Origin: an uncultured Methanocellaceae archaeon
GTDB taxonomy: Archaea > Halobacteriota > Methanocellia > Methanocellales > Methanocellaceae
Direction of reading: 5' to 3'
DNA: 64,000 nt
Assembly: GCA_963769045.1 (NCBI GenBank)
Contig: CAVYKK010000029.1
Span: 24,211 to 88,210 of the forward strand
The notes under the pieces are model-generated. The model saw nothing but the letters and a program-made list of their open reading frames with translations. It did no database searches and was not told the origin of the DNA. Below are positions 19,321 to 29,949 of this stretch, piece by piece (position 1 is the stretch's first letter; every line of letters begins with the position of its first letter). The position numbers were made by a program, and so were the translations under genes.

Positions 19321-19815
19321 TCAATGGCAACTTTTCAGCTCGTCGGCCATCTTTTGGATGTTCCGCCAGTGGCTGCCGAGCCAGTAAATCCGGCCACATC
19401 GGTCGCAGACCCAGAACTCTTTACCATCCTCTATTAGATGCGGAGGTACCTCTTTGCGGATGCGTTTCATGTCCGCATCTGCCGCCTTCCGCAGGAGCGC
19501 ATTGCAGGCGGTGCAACGTTCCATGACCGGCTCGGTCTGGAGCGGATAATGCCGCATAAGCTCGCAGATCTGCTCTTTTACATCGTCCGGCCGGATGGGA
19601 ACGGCTGGCACGCATGCCTTCACGGCCCGCTCGACGAGCGCCCGGTCCCGGGTAAGCAACACTCTGCCCTCTGCACGGGCTATCTCGAGGAGCTTCGCAT
19701 CCTCATCGTCGTCCGGCGCCATATCCAGCGCGCTTTTCGTATCGTAGTCGAAGATGCGCAGCCAGGCGACCAGCCGGCCCAGCATCCGGTCTACCAGGAA
19801 CTTCGGGCGGTCCAT
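19321..19815 (-). CDS. Mut7-C RNase (PIN-like) domain protein
   Basis: 'FLVDRMLGRLVAWLRIFDYDT', 'LLTRDR', 'RCTACN', 'CDRCGRIYWLGSHW'. Confidence 0.9.
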   Translation of the reverse strand: MDRPKFLVDRMLGRLVAWLRIFDYDTKSALDMAPDDDEDAKLLEIARAEGRVLLTRDRALVERAVKACVPAVPIRPDDVKEQICELMRHYPLQTEPVMERCTACNALLRKAADADMKRIRKEVPPHLIEDGKEFWVCDRCGRIYWLGSHWRNIQKMADELKSCH

Positions 19816-19857
19816 CCATCATATCTACGAGCTACGGGTAGAAAAAGATGCACGGGC

Positions 19858-20109
19858 CTACTTTTTGCTTTCTTCCTCCTGCTTTTCCCCTTCCTCGATC
19901 AGCCGCTTGACTTTCTGGCCGCCCTTGTGCCCGATCTCGGAATAGAACCCGGGGCCCCGTTCCTCGAGCACCTTTTCGCCTCCCTTGTGGCCGCCCTTCT
20001 CGCCGATCTCGTGGTAGAATTCTTTGCCATGAGTCTCGGCCGTCTTCTCGCCGCCCTTGTGGCCGGCTTCTTTCACGGTCATTTTGCCTTTCTCTTCCTT
20101 CTCAGCCAT
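19858..20109 (-). CDS. KGG-repeat general stress protein (GsiB/Em-like hydrophilin)
   Basis: 'MTVKEAGHKGGEKT...HGKEFYHEIGEKGG...FYSEIGHKGG'. ATG at 20109. Confidence 0.88.
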   Translation of the reverse strand: MAEKEEKGKMTVKEAGHKGGEKTAETHGKEFYHEIGEKGGHKGGEKVLEERGPGFYSEIGHKGGQKVKRLIEEGEKQEEESKK

Positions 20110-20307
20110 AGCATTCACCCGGATACGATGATCCGTTTCGCAGTACGGGAAAAGGGGTGATAAACGGATGCATTTGAAAAGTGGCAATTCAAGGGTGATG
20201 AAGAAAAATATTTTACCTGCCATAGCAGGGCTGCTCCGATAAAAGTGGATTCATGCCGAACGGCTGGAGCAACGTGACGACACCATCGTATCGTCAGCCG
20301 GTCTTTA

Positions 20308-20523
20308 CTATTTTTTCCTTTTCAACACAGTTTTCTTCGTGTATCCGAGATAGAGCAGGATAAGCCCGCACGGGATGGAAGCGATCGCAAAGCCAAGGAC
20401 AGTCTCCAGGCCACTGTTCGGGGTGATAATATAATAGAGGGCACCTATCGCGCCCGCGAACACCAGAATCCATCCCAGCATCATGTAATAGTTATTAAGC
20501 TCCACCCTGATTTTCGGTATCAT
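20308..20523 (-). CDS. Small two-TM membrane protein
   Basis: Two hydrophobic helices and a basic tail; overlaps the end of the MFS gene. Confidence 0.6.
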   Translation of the reverse strand: MIPKIRVELNNYYMMLGWILVFAGAIGALYYIITPNSGLETVLGFAIASIPCGLILLYLGYTKKTVLKRKK

Positions 20524-21841
20524 GTCGATTCTCCGGTATGGCTGATCGGTTGACCGTTCCCCTATTTAAAGCTTCTGCGGCCCCGGCGGAGACCGCGCCG
20601 TCCCGGATCATCTGATCGTCATATTTCCACATAGACAGGGCCCAGGCAGCGGTCAGTGCTGCAGTGATCAGCAGAAAGACCCGCAGGCCGAACTGGTCGA
20701 CGGTGACCCCCAGGATATTGCCGATTGCGCTGTAGCCCCCGAAACCGGAGATGATGTATCCACTGGCCACGAACCAGGCGGCGTTGCCCACGTACATGCC
20801 GAAGGCGAAGATGGGGCGGCCGATGTACGTACGCTCCCGGAAGGTGTCCTTAATGATGTTCTGCGTGGCAAAGCTTACTGCGGCGATGCCTGCACAGCCC
20901 ACTACGCCCTCCAGCAGGAACACGAGCAGCGGGCTGGATACGAAGGCCAGCAGCAGTATCTCGATACCGAAGATAACGATGCCTATCGTCGCAATGATTC
21001 GTCTCGGGGCCGGCCGGTACCGGGAGAGCGCCCAGAACATGACGATGGTGATAACGCTGACGACCAGGCTGAGCAGGCCGAGCCAGACATTGCGGATGCC
21101 GACGTTGGTGTAAAATACCCGCGAAATAGACGACCATGTGCTGAAGGTCAGCGTCATGAACAACATGGTCAGCAGGAACGTGACCATTGAGCGCTTGTTG
21201 CGCAGCACGCTACTCAGGTCCTCGCGAATCGGGTACTTGCCGTAGGTCTTCTCGTAGATCGGGTCTTTCAGGAAGGCGATGATAGCCGTCGATAAGATGA
21301 GGAATGCCAGCCCCGACAGCAGCCAGAACCCATAGCCTGTCTGCTGGACGATGATGCCCGCGATCAGCGGGGTAACGGCCGCCATGATCGTCGAGATCAC
21401 GTTGTACCGGGAGAAGGCGTCAGTCGTGGACAGGCCGTGTGCGTCGATAAGCTCGCAGACCATGAGAAAAGCGAGGCTCCAGAACGTGCCGGCTGCCAGG
21501 CCGATCAGCAGGCCAGAGAGAAGCAGCGACCATGGTGTCGGGTAAAGGAAGAGCAGTATCTCGTAGGCCGCCGAAATGGCGCCTATGCCGACGAACAGCT
21601 TCTTCGGGCTGAAATGCCGGAGCAGGACGATGGCAATGATATTGGAGACCGCGCAGCCCACGCTGACCATGGCGAAGTGCAGGCTGTAATACCCCGAGGG
21701 TATGTGATAGTCGATGGCGTATTGCGGGATGAAGAGCACCACACTGAGCCTGCCGTAATACATCAGGACGAATACGGCAAGGAACAGGTCCAGCGGGCTC
21801 AGTCTCTTCAACATGGCAGAAAAGTATGGCGATATGCTCAA
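20495..21841 (-). CDS. MFS-type transporter
   Basis: About 12 hydrophobic segments and 'TPLIAGII...GYGFWLL' MFS-like motif. Start is uncertain (TTG 21841 or ATG 21814). Confidence 0.75.
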   Translation of the reverse strand: MSISPYFSAMLKRLSPLDLFLAVFVLMYYGRLSVVLFIPQYAIDYHIPSGYYSLHFAMVSVGCAVSNIIAIVLLRHFSPKKLFVGIGAISAAYEILLFLYPTPWSLLLSGLLIGLAAGTFWSLAFLMVCELIDAHGLSTTDAFSRYNVISTIMAAVTPLIAGIIVQQTGYGFWLLSGLAFLILSTAIIAFLKDPIYEKTYGKYPIREDLSSVLRNKRSMVTFLLTMLFMTLTFSTWSSISRVFYTNVGIRNVWLGLLSLVVSVITIVMFWALSRYRPAPRRIIATIGIVIFGIEILLLAFVSSPLLVFLLEGVVGCAGIAAVSFATQNIIKDTFRERTYIGRPIFAFGMYVGNAAWFVASGYIISGFGGYSAIGNILGVTVDQFGLRVFLLITAALTAAWALSMWKYDDQMIRDGAVSAGAAEALNRGTVNRSAIPENRHDTENQGGA

Positions 21842-21859
21842 TATACTTTCTGAAAACCG

Positions 21860-22081
21860 GGAGGTCTCAGAGGTTACATGAGGTCACAGAGCTCAGCACT
21901 GAGGTCACAGAGGGCACAGAGGACGGCACAGAGGATTATTAAGGAAAAGGCTGCTGGAAGCCCGGTTATTAAAACAAACCTCTGTGCATACCTCTGTGTC
22001 CGCTGTGACCTCTGTGCTGTGAAGCTCTGCGACCTCTAAAAACCTCTGCGACCTCTAAAAAGGTGAAACTCTGCGACCTCC
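21860..22081. repeat. Inverted arrays of ~9-bp GGTCACAGAG / CTCTGTGACC units
   Basis: CACAGAG units at about 21865-21935 face CTCTGTG/CTCTGCG units at about 21978-22080 across an AT-rich loop. Confidence 0.75.
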
Positions 22082-22147
22082 GTACATTTATGGTATAAGG
22101 TTTAAATCCTAGAACGGTATTATGGTAATTGCCTGCAGGTTAATACG

Positions 22148-22642
22148 ATGATGAAAAAATACGCGCTACTTTTGCTGGCGTTCGCCGTTTCGGTCAGCGT
22201 CGCCGGATGCACCGTTTCTCAGGCATCCGACAGGGATCAGTATGGCAGCTACCTGAGCGAGCTGAACAGCGGCAACGCGGACTTCAACAGCGCGAGTACA
22301 CTTTACAGTGCCGCCGTGAATGCGTACAAGGGCGAGATGTACAACGATGCCGCCAACGGGATGAGTACTTCGTGCGACAGTTATAACAATGCAATGATAC
22401 ACTACGACCAGATGGCCGGATACGCGAATGGCCCGGACCAGAAGGCGTATGCCGATGCGCTCAGGTCATATGCGCAGAGCTGCATGTACGCGGCTTCGGC
22501 CTATACGGAGGCTTACCAGGCGTACGGGAGCGGCGACCGGTATAAGGGAGATGCCCGCATGGGCAGCGCGGACGGATTCGTGAAGCAGGCGAACGAGTTT
22601 CATGATAAGGCCGTTGAGCTCCAGCCCATGGCAATCATTTAA
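22148..22642 (+). CDS. Putative helical lipoprotein
   Basis: Signal peptide with 'VAGC' lipobox; Ala/Tyr-rich helical body. Confidence 0.75.
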   Translation: MMKKYALLLLAFAVSVSVAGCTVSQASDRDQYGSYLSELNSGNADFNSASTLYSAAVNAYKGEMYNDAANGMSTSCDSYNNAMIHYDQMAGYANGPDQKAYADALRSYAQSCMYAASAYTEAYQAYGSGDRYKGDARMGSADGFVKQANEFHDKAVELQPMAII

Positions 22643-22851
22643 TTGTTAAAAATTTCATAGTCCTGAGCACAGTATGTCCCACGTGGACATAGCCTCAATT
22701 TTATAACAGCTGTTCCCGGATTGGGCTTCGTTATTTCACGTTTGTAATTACTTCGAATGCCCGATCGTAACCCATATCATCCGCATAAGGCCATAAATGA
22801 ATGACCATATAGCCATACGGTGATTCTAACCCGTATTAGCAGGTCATTATC

Positions 22852-23499
22852 ATGAGTCAAAAAAAGCCATTATTGATTTTCTGTACGCTATCCGTACTCT
22901 TCATCATCCTGGCGGTATCCGGGTGTACCGGCAGCCCGACCGTAACGGCCACCCCTACGCCAGCGGCTACCCCGGTACCATTGCCGCCGGCGACACCGAC
23001 GCCGGCAGTCCCGCATGACTCATCGATAGTACCGACACCTGCAGCCGCGCCGACTTCGATGCCCGCATCAATGCCGGCCCCGACGTCTTACTATTCGTGG
23101 CCTGGCTATGACTTCCGAGGGGTTTACCACGAGCCAGTACTGCTGACAATCGATGGCCATGTAAACAGCACGCTCAGCCTGACGCTGGCGGACCTGAAAG
23201 CATATCCGCAGCACTATGCCAGCATGACGCTCGATGGCACACCTGTTTCAGGCACGGGGCCTTACCTGATGGATCTACTGGACAGTGCCGGCCTCGAGAA
23301 ACACGCGAATGGCGTGAGGATATATTATAATGGCACGACCAGGACGGCCCCGCTATCCGTGCTATATCTGCACCGGGATACTTACGTAGTCGCCATTAAC
23401 AGCGATAATACCCTTGTACTGATATTCCAGGGCGGCGACATCGACAAGGATACCTGGATCGATAAAATTTCCCGGCTGTCGATACTGGCAAGCGACTAG
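22852..23499 (+). CDS. Lipoprotein with Pro/Thr linker and a molybdopterin-oxidoreductase-like domain
   Basis: 'VSGC' lipobox, PT linker, 'LLTIDGHVNSTLSLTLADLKAYPQ...GPYLMDLL'. Paralog of 24475-24974. Confidence 0.7.
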   Translation: MSQKKPLLIFCTLSVLFIILAVSGCTGSPTVTATPTPAATPVPLPPATPTPAVPHDSSIVPTPAAAPTSMPASMPAPTSYYSWPGYDFRGVYHEPVLLTIDGHVNSTLSLTLADLKAYPQHYASMTLDGTPVSGTGPYLMDLLDSAGLEKHANGVRIYYNGTTRTAPLSVLYLHRDTYVVAINSDNTLVLIFQGGDIDKDTWIDKISRLSILASD

Positions 23500-23593
23500 T
23501 GGCGATCGGCACTGGTGCGCAGGTGGCCACGACATCGCCATCATGCCAGTATGGATTTTACTGTTATGACTATGTGCCGATAGTGCACGCAGG

Positions 23594-24286
23594 CTATTTC
23601 TTTCTGGGATAAGCCCCGATTGCCCGGGCATAGTCGCATAAGTCGATCAGGAAGCAGACGTCGTGTTTCGGGTTCTGCGCCTTGCATATCTCCCGGCCGA
23701 AGCGCACCAGGTCCACGTGGACGGAGCCCCGTTCCCCCTCAGGCACCATTTCCATCAGGACGCGGTGGGTCACCTCGTGGTTCGCGCCCTCCGGCACGAT
23801 GCCCAGCCGCTGCGAAATGCGATACACGTGGGTGTCGACAGGTATCACGTCCCGGCCGCATGAGAACAACAGTACGCAGTCGGCCGTTTTCGGGCCGACT
23901 CCCTTGATGGACAGCAGCTCCTTCCGGGCGGCTTCCGGGTCCGCGTCGCAGACGAAATCCAGGGTGCCGCCATACTCGTCGATGACGAGTTGTGCGACCT
24001 GCTTGATCAGCTTTGCCTTCTGCTCGTACAGGCCGCCGATCCTGATTAGTTCAGCGATTTCGGACTCGGGGGCTTTCGCGAGTTTTTCCGGGGTATCAAA
24101 CTTAGTGTAGAGACTGGCGAAGGCCCGGTGAGAATTCTTATCAGTGGTATTTTGCGAGAGAATCGTTGCGATCAGCACGTCGAACGGGCTCCCGTCGCGC
24201 TCTTTATAGGAGCCGTAGTGAGCGATCAGGCGTCGTGATATCTCGGCCGTCTTCGTCTTGATGTCGTTGGTTCTGACCATAGCCAC
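23594..24286 (-). CDS. nth: Endonuclease III / HhH-GPD DNA glycosylase
   Basis: 'LIATILSQNTTD', HhH 'LLSIKGVGPKTADCVL', 'PVDTHVYRISQRLG', C-terminal Fe-S motif. Confidence 0.88.
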   Translation of the reverse strand: MAMVRTNDIKTKTAEISRRLIAHYGSYKERDGSPFDVLIATILSQNTTDKNSHRAFASLYTKFDTPEKLAKAPESEIAELIRIGGLYEQKAKLIKQVAQLVIDEYGGTLDFVCDADPEAARKELLSIKGVGPKTADCVLLFSCGRDVIPVDTHVYRISQRLGIVPEGANHEVTHRVLMEMVPEGERGSVHVDLVRFGREICKAQNPKHDVCFLIDLCDYARAIGAYPRKK

Positions 24287-24474
24287 ATTAGTCTATTCCG
24301 GCAATGGCAGATAAAAGTATTGAAGACGATGTCGGCCAGGCGCTCGCCTGTGCGTAATCTATACCAGTTACATTACATTTATATAGATTATTAACTAGCT
24401 TTCTATATCTAGGCAAGCATATGATAGCCATGTACATGGCAAGCATGTGCTTTTTATGGAGAGGTGTATTGCTA

Positions 24475-24974
24475 ATGAAATCTATGAAACTACCAGCTAT
24501 TGTAACGTTGTTATTTGTATTGCTCGCAGCGCTGGCGCTGTCAGGCTGCGCGTCGCCGACGCCAACTGCGACGCCCACGCCGGACCTACCGCTACCCCGG
24601 TACCTGCGGCCGTGCTGTTGACGGTCAACGGTAGTGTCGCCACCCCGCTGTCCCTGACGCTCGACGACATGAAGACATACACGCAGCTGTCGGTGAACGA
24701 GACGACGACCAACAGCAAGAATGTAACGACGACCACGACAGGCAGCGGCCCGTCATTGAACGCAATTCTGACAAAGGCCGCCCCGACCACGACAGCGAAG
24801 AACATCACGTTCATAGCGTCCGATGGCTATGCAAAGACTATCGCGCTCTCGGTAGTGACCGGAAGCCCGAACGCGACGGTCGTCATCTTCAGCGATGGCA
24901 GCCTCAGGGACGTCATCCCGGGTCAGGGCGCGGGCGCATGGGTCAGTAACCTGTCGACGATAATGATATCGTAA
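24475..24974 (+). CDS. Lipoprotein paralogous to 22852-23499; one -1 frameshift near 24580
   Basis: RBS GGAGAGGTG, then 'MKSMKLPAIVTLLFVLLAALALSGC' lipobox; continues after a 1-base deletion into 'LLTVNGSVATPLSLTLDDMKTY...ASDGY'. Confidence 0.7.
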
Positions 24975-25027
24975 TAAAGCTACCGTAAGGGTAGCGGATA
25001 ACACCCCGCTATCCTGCAAATTTTTAA

Positions 25028-26152
25028 TTATTTTCTGGAGAAATATTTCTTCATCCGGGCCAGGCCTTCTTTGATCTGGTCCATGGACGAAGCATAAGAC
25101 ATGCGGATGTGGTCGTTGCAGTCCGGTCCGAACGCCGATCCCGGCGTCAGGCTGACACCGTAGCCGAGCAACTCTTCGCATATCTTTTCCGAGCTGCCTT
25201 TAACCTTCGGCCATGCGTAGAAAGCGCCCTCAGGCATCTCGCACTGCAGCCCCATATCACGCAGGTCTTTCACGACAACGTCCCTGCGGGCATGGAACTG
25301 TTTCACCATTTCAGCCACCGGCTCCTGCGAGCCAGTCAGCGCAGTAGCGGCGCCGTACTGTACGAAAGTCGTCGGGCTCGAAATGGTGTGCTGCTGCACC
25401 TTAAGCATGTTTTTATAGACCTCTTTCGGCCCGGTCACGTACCCGATGCGCCAGCCTGCCATGGCATAGGCCTTGGAGAAGCCGTTCACCGTGATTGTCC
25501 GCTCGGGGATCATCGTGCCGATGCTGTAGTGCTTGACGCCGTAAATGATCTTTTCGTAAATCTCATCGGATAAAACGTAGACGCCCCGGTCCTTCGCGAT
25601 GTCGGCGATGGCCTGCAAATCCTTCTTGCCGAGGACTGCGCCGGAAGGGTTGTTGGGGCTGTTGATGATAATGAGCTTTGTTTTCTTCGTGACGTGGTCA
25701 GCGAAGTTTGCCGGTACTGAGCCGTCCTCGTCGGACTTCACCCAGACCGTTTTCCCTTCGCTCATCTTGATGCAGGCGTCGTAGGAAACCCACGACGGCT
25801 CGAAAAGAATCGCTTCGTCACCCTTGTTGATCAGGCTGAAGCACGCCGCAAAGATGGCCTGCTTCGCGCCGGGGGTGACGATGATTTCCTTGCTCTTCAC
25901 GTCCAGGCCGTTGTCCTTGCGGAGCTTATCCGAGATGGCCTCGCGCAGCTCCGGGATGCCCGGGGAAGGGGCGTAATGGGTCTTGCCCGTGTCCAGCGCT
26001 TTCTTGGCGGCATCGACGATATGTTTCGGCGTGTTGAAATCCGGCTCGCCGAGGTTGAAGCCGAGGATGTCCTTCCCCTGCTTCTTCAGCTCGTTGGTCA
26101 GGTCGGCGAGCTTGAGTGTCGCCGATTCCTCGACCTGATCCAGCCTGGACAT
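25028..26152 (-). CDS. aspC: Class I/II PLP-dependent (aspartate) aminotransferase
   Basis: 'GEPDF', 'NSPNNPSG', 'SDEIY', 'NGFSKAYAMAGWRIGY'. Confidence 0.88.
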   Translation of the reverse strand: MSRLDQVEESATLKLADLTNELKKQGKDILGFNLGEPDFNTPKHIVDAAKKALDTGKTHYAPSPGIPELREAISDKLRKDNGLDVKSKEIIVTPGAKQAIFAACFSLINKGDEAILFEPSWVSYDACIKMSEGKTVWVKSDEDGSVPANFADHVTKKTKLIIINSPNNPSGAVLGKKDLQAIADIAKDRGVYVLSDEIYEKIIYGVKHYSIGTMIPERTITVNGFSKAYAMAGWRIGYVTGPKEVYKNMLKVQQHTISSPTTFVQYGAATALTGSQEPVAEMVKQFHARRDVVVKDLRDMGLQCEMPEGAFYAWPKVKGSSEKICEELLGYGVSLTPGSAFGPDCNDHIRMSYASSMDQIKEGLARMKKYFSRK

Positions 26153-26170
26153 GCGGGTTAAAGCCTCGGT

Positions 26171-26602
26171 TTATTCCTTGTAGTCCTTGATCCGGCGTAC
26201 CATCTTCACGGCGGCTTCGACGGCCCGCTTGGCGTAGTCGATGCGCTCGAGGGCTTCCAGCCTGGTCATGCCCGGCCCGGCGATGCCGAGGGTGATGGGC
26301 TTGTCGTACTCCAGCGCGAGGTCGGTGATCTTCCTCGTCGCCTGGCTCACGACCACCTGGTCGTGGTCCGTCGCGCCCTCGATGACGCTGCCGATGGTGA
26401 CGATCGCGTCCACGTTCTTGTCGGCCGCCATCTTCTTCACGGCCAGCGGCATGTCGTACACGCCCGGCACGTAGAAGACCTTGGTGACCTTCGCGCCCAA
26501 GAAACTGGCATGCTCCTTACCCAGCAGCTCCATCTGCCACGTCAGGTCGCGGTTGAACTCCGCGACCACAAACCCTATCCTGATCTCCTTTTCTACTGCC
26601 AT
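26171..26602 (-). CDS. ribH: 6,7-dimethyl-8-ribityllumazine synthase
   Basis: 'VAEFN', 'VPGVYDMPLA', 'GSVIEGATDHD', 'KPITLGIAGPGM'. Confidence 0.93.
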   Translation of the reverse strand: MAVEKEIRIGFVVAEFNRDLTWQMELLGKEHASFLGAKVTKVFYVPGVYDMPLAVKKMAADKNVDAIVTIGSVIEGATDHDQVVVSQATRKITDLALEYDKPITLGIAGPGMTRLEALERIDYAKRAVEAAVKMVRRIKDYKE

Positions 26603-26633
26603 TACAATCAAACCCGTGTGAGTTACAAATGAA

Positions 26634-27113
<480 letters not shown>

Positions 27114-27124
27114 TCACTGATACT

Positions 27125-28273
27125 TCAATTTTTATATACCTTTCTTAGTGCTTCGACCCCGGCCCCGGCCTTCGGGATGACCTTGAACTGGACAAGAGTC
27201 TCTTCCAGCGTGGCGAACGTCTTCACGAGGTCGTCCTCGGTGAACGCGTTCATCGACGGGATGCGGAAGATCTTGCCGTCCAGCCGGTCCTGGCCGCCGG
27301 AGATAGTGATGCCCTTAGTCTTCATGGTGCCACGCAGGTCCTTATCGGTGATGCCCGCAGGGGTCTTGATGGCCGTGACGGTGTTCGAGAGGACCGTGTG
27401 TCCGTCCGTGACCGGGTACAGCTCCAGGCCCAGCGCCTTCGCCGCAGCCCGGATCGCTTCCGCGCCCTTCCTGTGGCGGGCGATGCGGTTAGCTATGCCT
27501 TCTTCCCGGATCATCTTCATGGCTTCCTGCATGCCGAAGAATAGCGTAATCGCCGGCGTGTAAGGCGTCTCTGCCCGGCCTTCCTTTTCCGCCGACTTCT
27601 TGTACTTCTTGAGGTCGAGATAGTAGGGCGGATTCTTCACCATGCTGTCGAAGGCCTTCTGGCTGACTGATACACTGGCCAGGCCCGACGGGGCACCCAG
27701 GCACTTCTGGCTGCCGGTGACGGCTATGTCGATACCCCATTTGTCGGCCTCGACGAGGTCGCCGCCGGCTGAGGTCACCGTGTCCATGACGAACAGTGCG
27801 CCGTACTTCTTAGCCAGCTTGCCTACCTCTTCCGCCGGGTTCTTGACGCCGGCCGAGGTCTCGTTGTGCACCATGGCGATGAGTTTAGTCGGCGCCTTCG
27901 CCAGCGCCGCCTCGACCTTCGCCAGGTCGACGGGCGTGCCCCATTCGAAGTCCAGGCTCTCCACCTGGCCGTACCTCGCCCCGATGTCCCTGAACCGCTC
28001 GCCGAACTTGCCGTTCACGATAGTCACGATGCGGTCGCCCTTGACGAGGTTCGAAATTGCCGCTTCCATCGCCGACGAACCGGAACCGGTAAGGATGAAG
28101 GTGTCGTTCTTAGTGTTGAGAACCTCTTTGATCGAGTTCCTGCACTCGTCGTAGATCACGGAGAACGCCTTATCCCTGTGGCTGATCATCTGCCTCGACA
28201 TCGCCTGCAGCACCCGCGGGTGCAGCATGACGGGTCCCGGAATCATGAGTAACGGTTCGTTCTGGTTTGCCAT
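27125..28273 (-). CDS. Class V aminotransferase (serine-pyruvate/alanine-glyoxylate family; possibly the archaeal phosphoserine aminotransferase)
   Basis: 'LMIPGP', 'VHNETSAG', 'TGSQKCLGAPSG', 'TPYTPA'. Confidence 0.88.
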   Translation of the reverse strand: MANQNEPLLMIPGPVMLHPRVLQAMSRQMISHRDKAFSVIYDECRNSIKEVLNTKNDTFILTGSGSSAMEAAISNLVKGDRIVTIVNGKFGERFRDIGARYGQVESLDFEWGTPVDLAKVEAALAKAPTKLIAMVHNETSAGVKNPAEEVGKLAKKYGALFVMDTVTSAGGDLVEADKWGIDIAVTGSQKCLGAPSGLASVSVSQKAFDSMVKNPPYYLDLKKYKKSAEKEGRAETPYTPAITLFFGMQEAMKMIREEGIANRIARHRKGAEAIRAAAKALGLELYPVTDGHTVLSNTVTAIKTPAGITDKDLRGTMKTKGITISGGQDRLDGKIFRIPSMNAFTEDDLVKTFATLEETLVQFKVIPKAGAGVEALRKVYKN

Positions 28274-28505
28274 TATGTAACCTCTTCAGGTATGTGACTA
28301 AACCGTGTTAATAGATATATTATTTACGGTAATCACTGAGAAAATAGCAATAAAAACTGCCGGCGGTCGAATTAACTTAAAAAAAGCAAATTTTGCCGCT
28401 AATTAAAGCGCTAATCATCCGCGCAGGTAGAATATGCTAATCTCGGCCGCATTTAAGCGATTGTTAATGTCCAGCGAGCGTCAACATCTACATCGGCATC
28501 ATCCA

Positions 28506-29590
28506 ATCGCGGTGCGACGCCCATGCGTTATAGCGATATTCAAGATTTATAGAACAGCATGATATGGTCCGTCCAATATTAATCGCGGTGCGACGCCCAT
28601 GCCTGCTGATGCTGCATGGGCTACTCCGGGTTTTTCAGGTGCTCCGCCGTCCGGGCCGCGTTCTAGCAAAATCAGAGATCAATAGAGCATGATATGGTCC
28701 GTCCAATATTAATCGCGGTGCGACGCCCATGCGCGCTGATGCTGCATGGGCTACTCCGGGTTTTTCAGGTTTCATGAAAAATTTAATAAATGAAGCCGAC
28801 GCATGCAGATCTAACGATAAATGTAATAAACCATATAAATGGAGTTTAGACATAGCTATTTTTCATCACCTCTACTTGAAAATACCCTTTTTCATCCGTC
28901 GAGTGCTACGCCGTCCGGGCCGCGCTCGCACCCCCGGAGACACGCCCCGGCAGCGCCTTCGGCTGCACCAGGTCGAGTCCCTTCGCAAGCGCTAAGCAAC
29001 GCGCCTACCGGCAGCGTTCATTGCCCGGCCGCCTCCGCACCCCTCGCACAGCTTCGCGTGCAAGGGGCCTTCGGCCAGAAAAACCTCCGCCGACCGCGGA
29101 GCAGCAAAGGCTACTCATACAAGGACTAGTATTGGCTCGTTGCCTGTACTATTGTTGGTTTGGGTTGTAGGTGCTTCTCCGCGGAAGGCGGAGGGTTTTT
29201 TCGGCTTGCCCCTTCGCACGCATCAGCTGTGCGAGGGGTGTGTAGGTGGCGGGTGTGAAAAACGTTGCCGGTAGGCGCGTTTTTCAGGGCTTGCAAAGGA
29301 GGCTCAACGCCGCCGAAGGCGCGTTGGGCCGACGAAGGTGCGAGCCCGTCGCCCGACACCGGAACACCGGAAAAACCCGTAGTAGCACGTGCGGCGAAGC
29401 AAGCACGGGCGTCGCACCGCGATTAGAACAGGAAGTATTAGATAGTTGTCATTATTCATTTTCAAGTTGTCATTATTCCTTTTCAACAAGAAGCAAGCAC
29501 GGGCGTCGCACCGCGATTGGTACGGGGAGCATTGGTATCATCTGTGAAGCTTATGCAAGAAGGAAGCAGGGAAAGCGTACCAGGGTTGAT
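28506..29590. repeat. Non-coding foldback element, copy B (inverted relative to copy A; carries a 134-bp insertion)
   Basis: ATCGCGGTGCGACGCCCATGC at 28506, 28582 and 28712; inverted 28-bp repeats at 29396 and 29490, plus a degenerate one near 29563. The core is the reverse complement of 17415-17942. Confidence 0.9.
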
Positions 29591-29700
29591 ATGGTTATAC
29601 TGGATGATTGCAGCGATCGATTCAACGATATGGCCAGAGATTATTTAAAGCAGGCAAAGCCTTCACGTATTTGGTAAATGATGGAAAGGAGTGACAGGTA

Positions 29701-29886
29701 ATGGCTTTTATAGGCTCTGCAGAAATTATCCTGATACTAATGGTAATAATATTCTTAATCGTCCCTGTACTGGTGATTCTGGGTATCCTGTATGTTATTT
29801 TCCGCAACCGGAACAGGGTCAAAGAGCTCGAGGCCAGGGTTGCCGCGCTGGAAAAGGCGGAGTACCGTAGAAGCGACGGGAAGTAA
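29701..29886 (+). CDS. Small membrane protein with C-terminal coiled coil
   Basis: RBS GGAGTGA upstream; 'IGSAEIILIL...' hydrophobic segment followed by 'RVKELEARVAALEK'. Confidence 0.65.
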   Translation: MAFIGSAEIILILMVIIFLIVPVLVILGILYVIFRNRNRVKELEARVAALEKAEYRRSDGK

Positions 29887-29949
29887 GCCAGGCACAGCTT
29901 CCCGAATACCTGCAAAGTTATAAACCTCTTGACGGAACTCTAATAGCTG

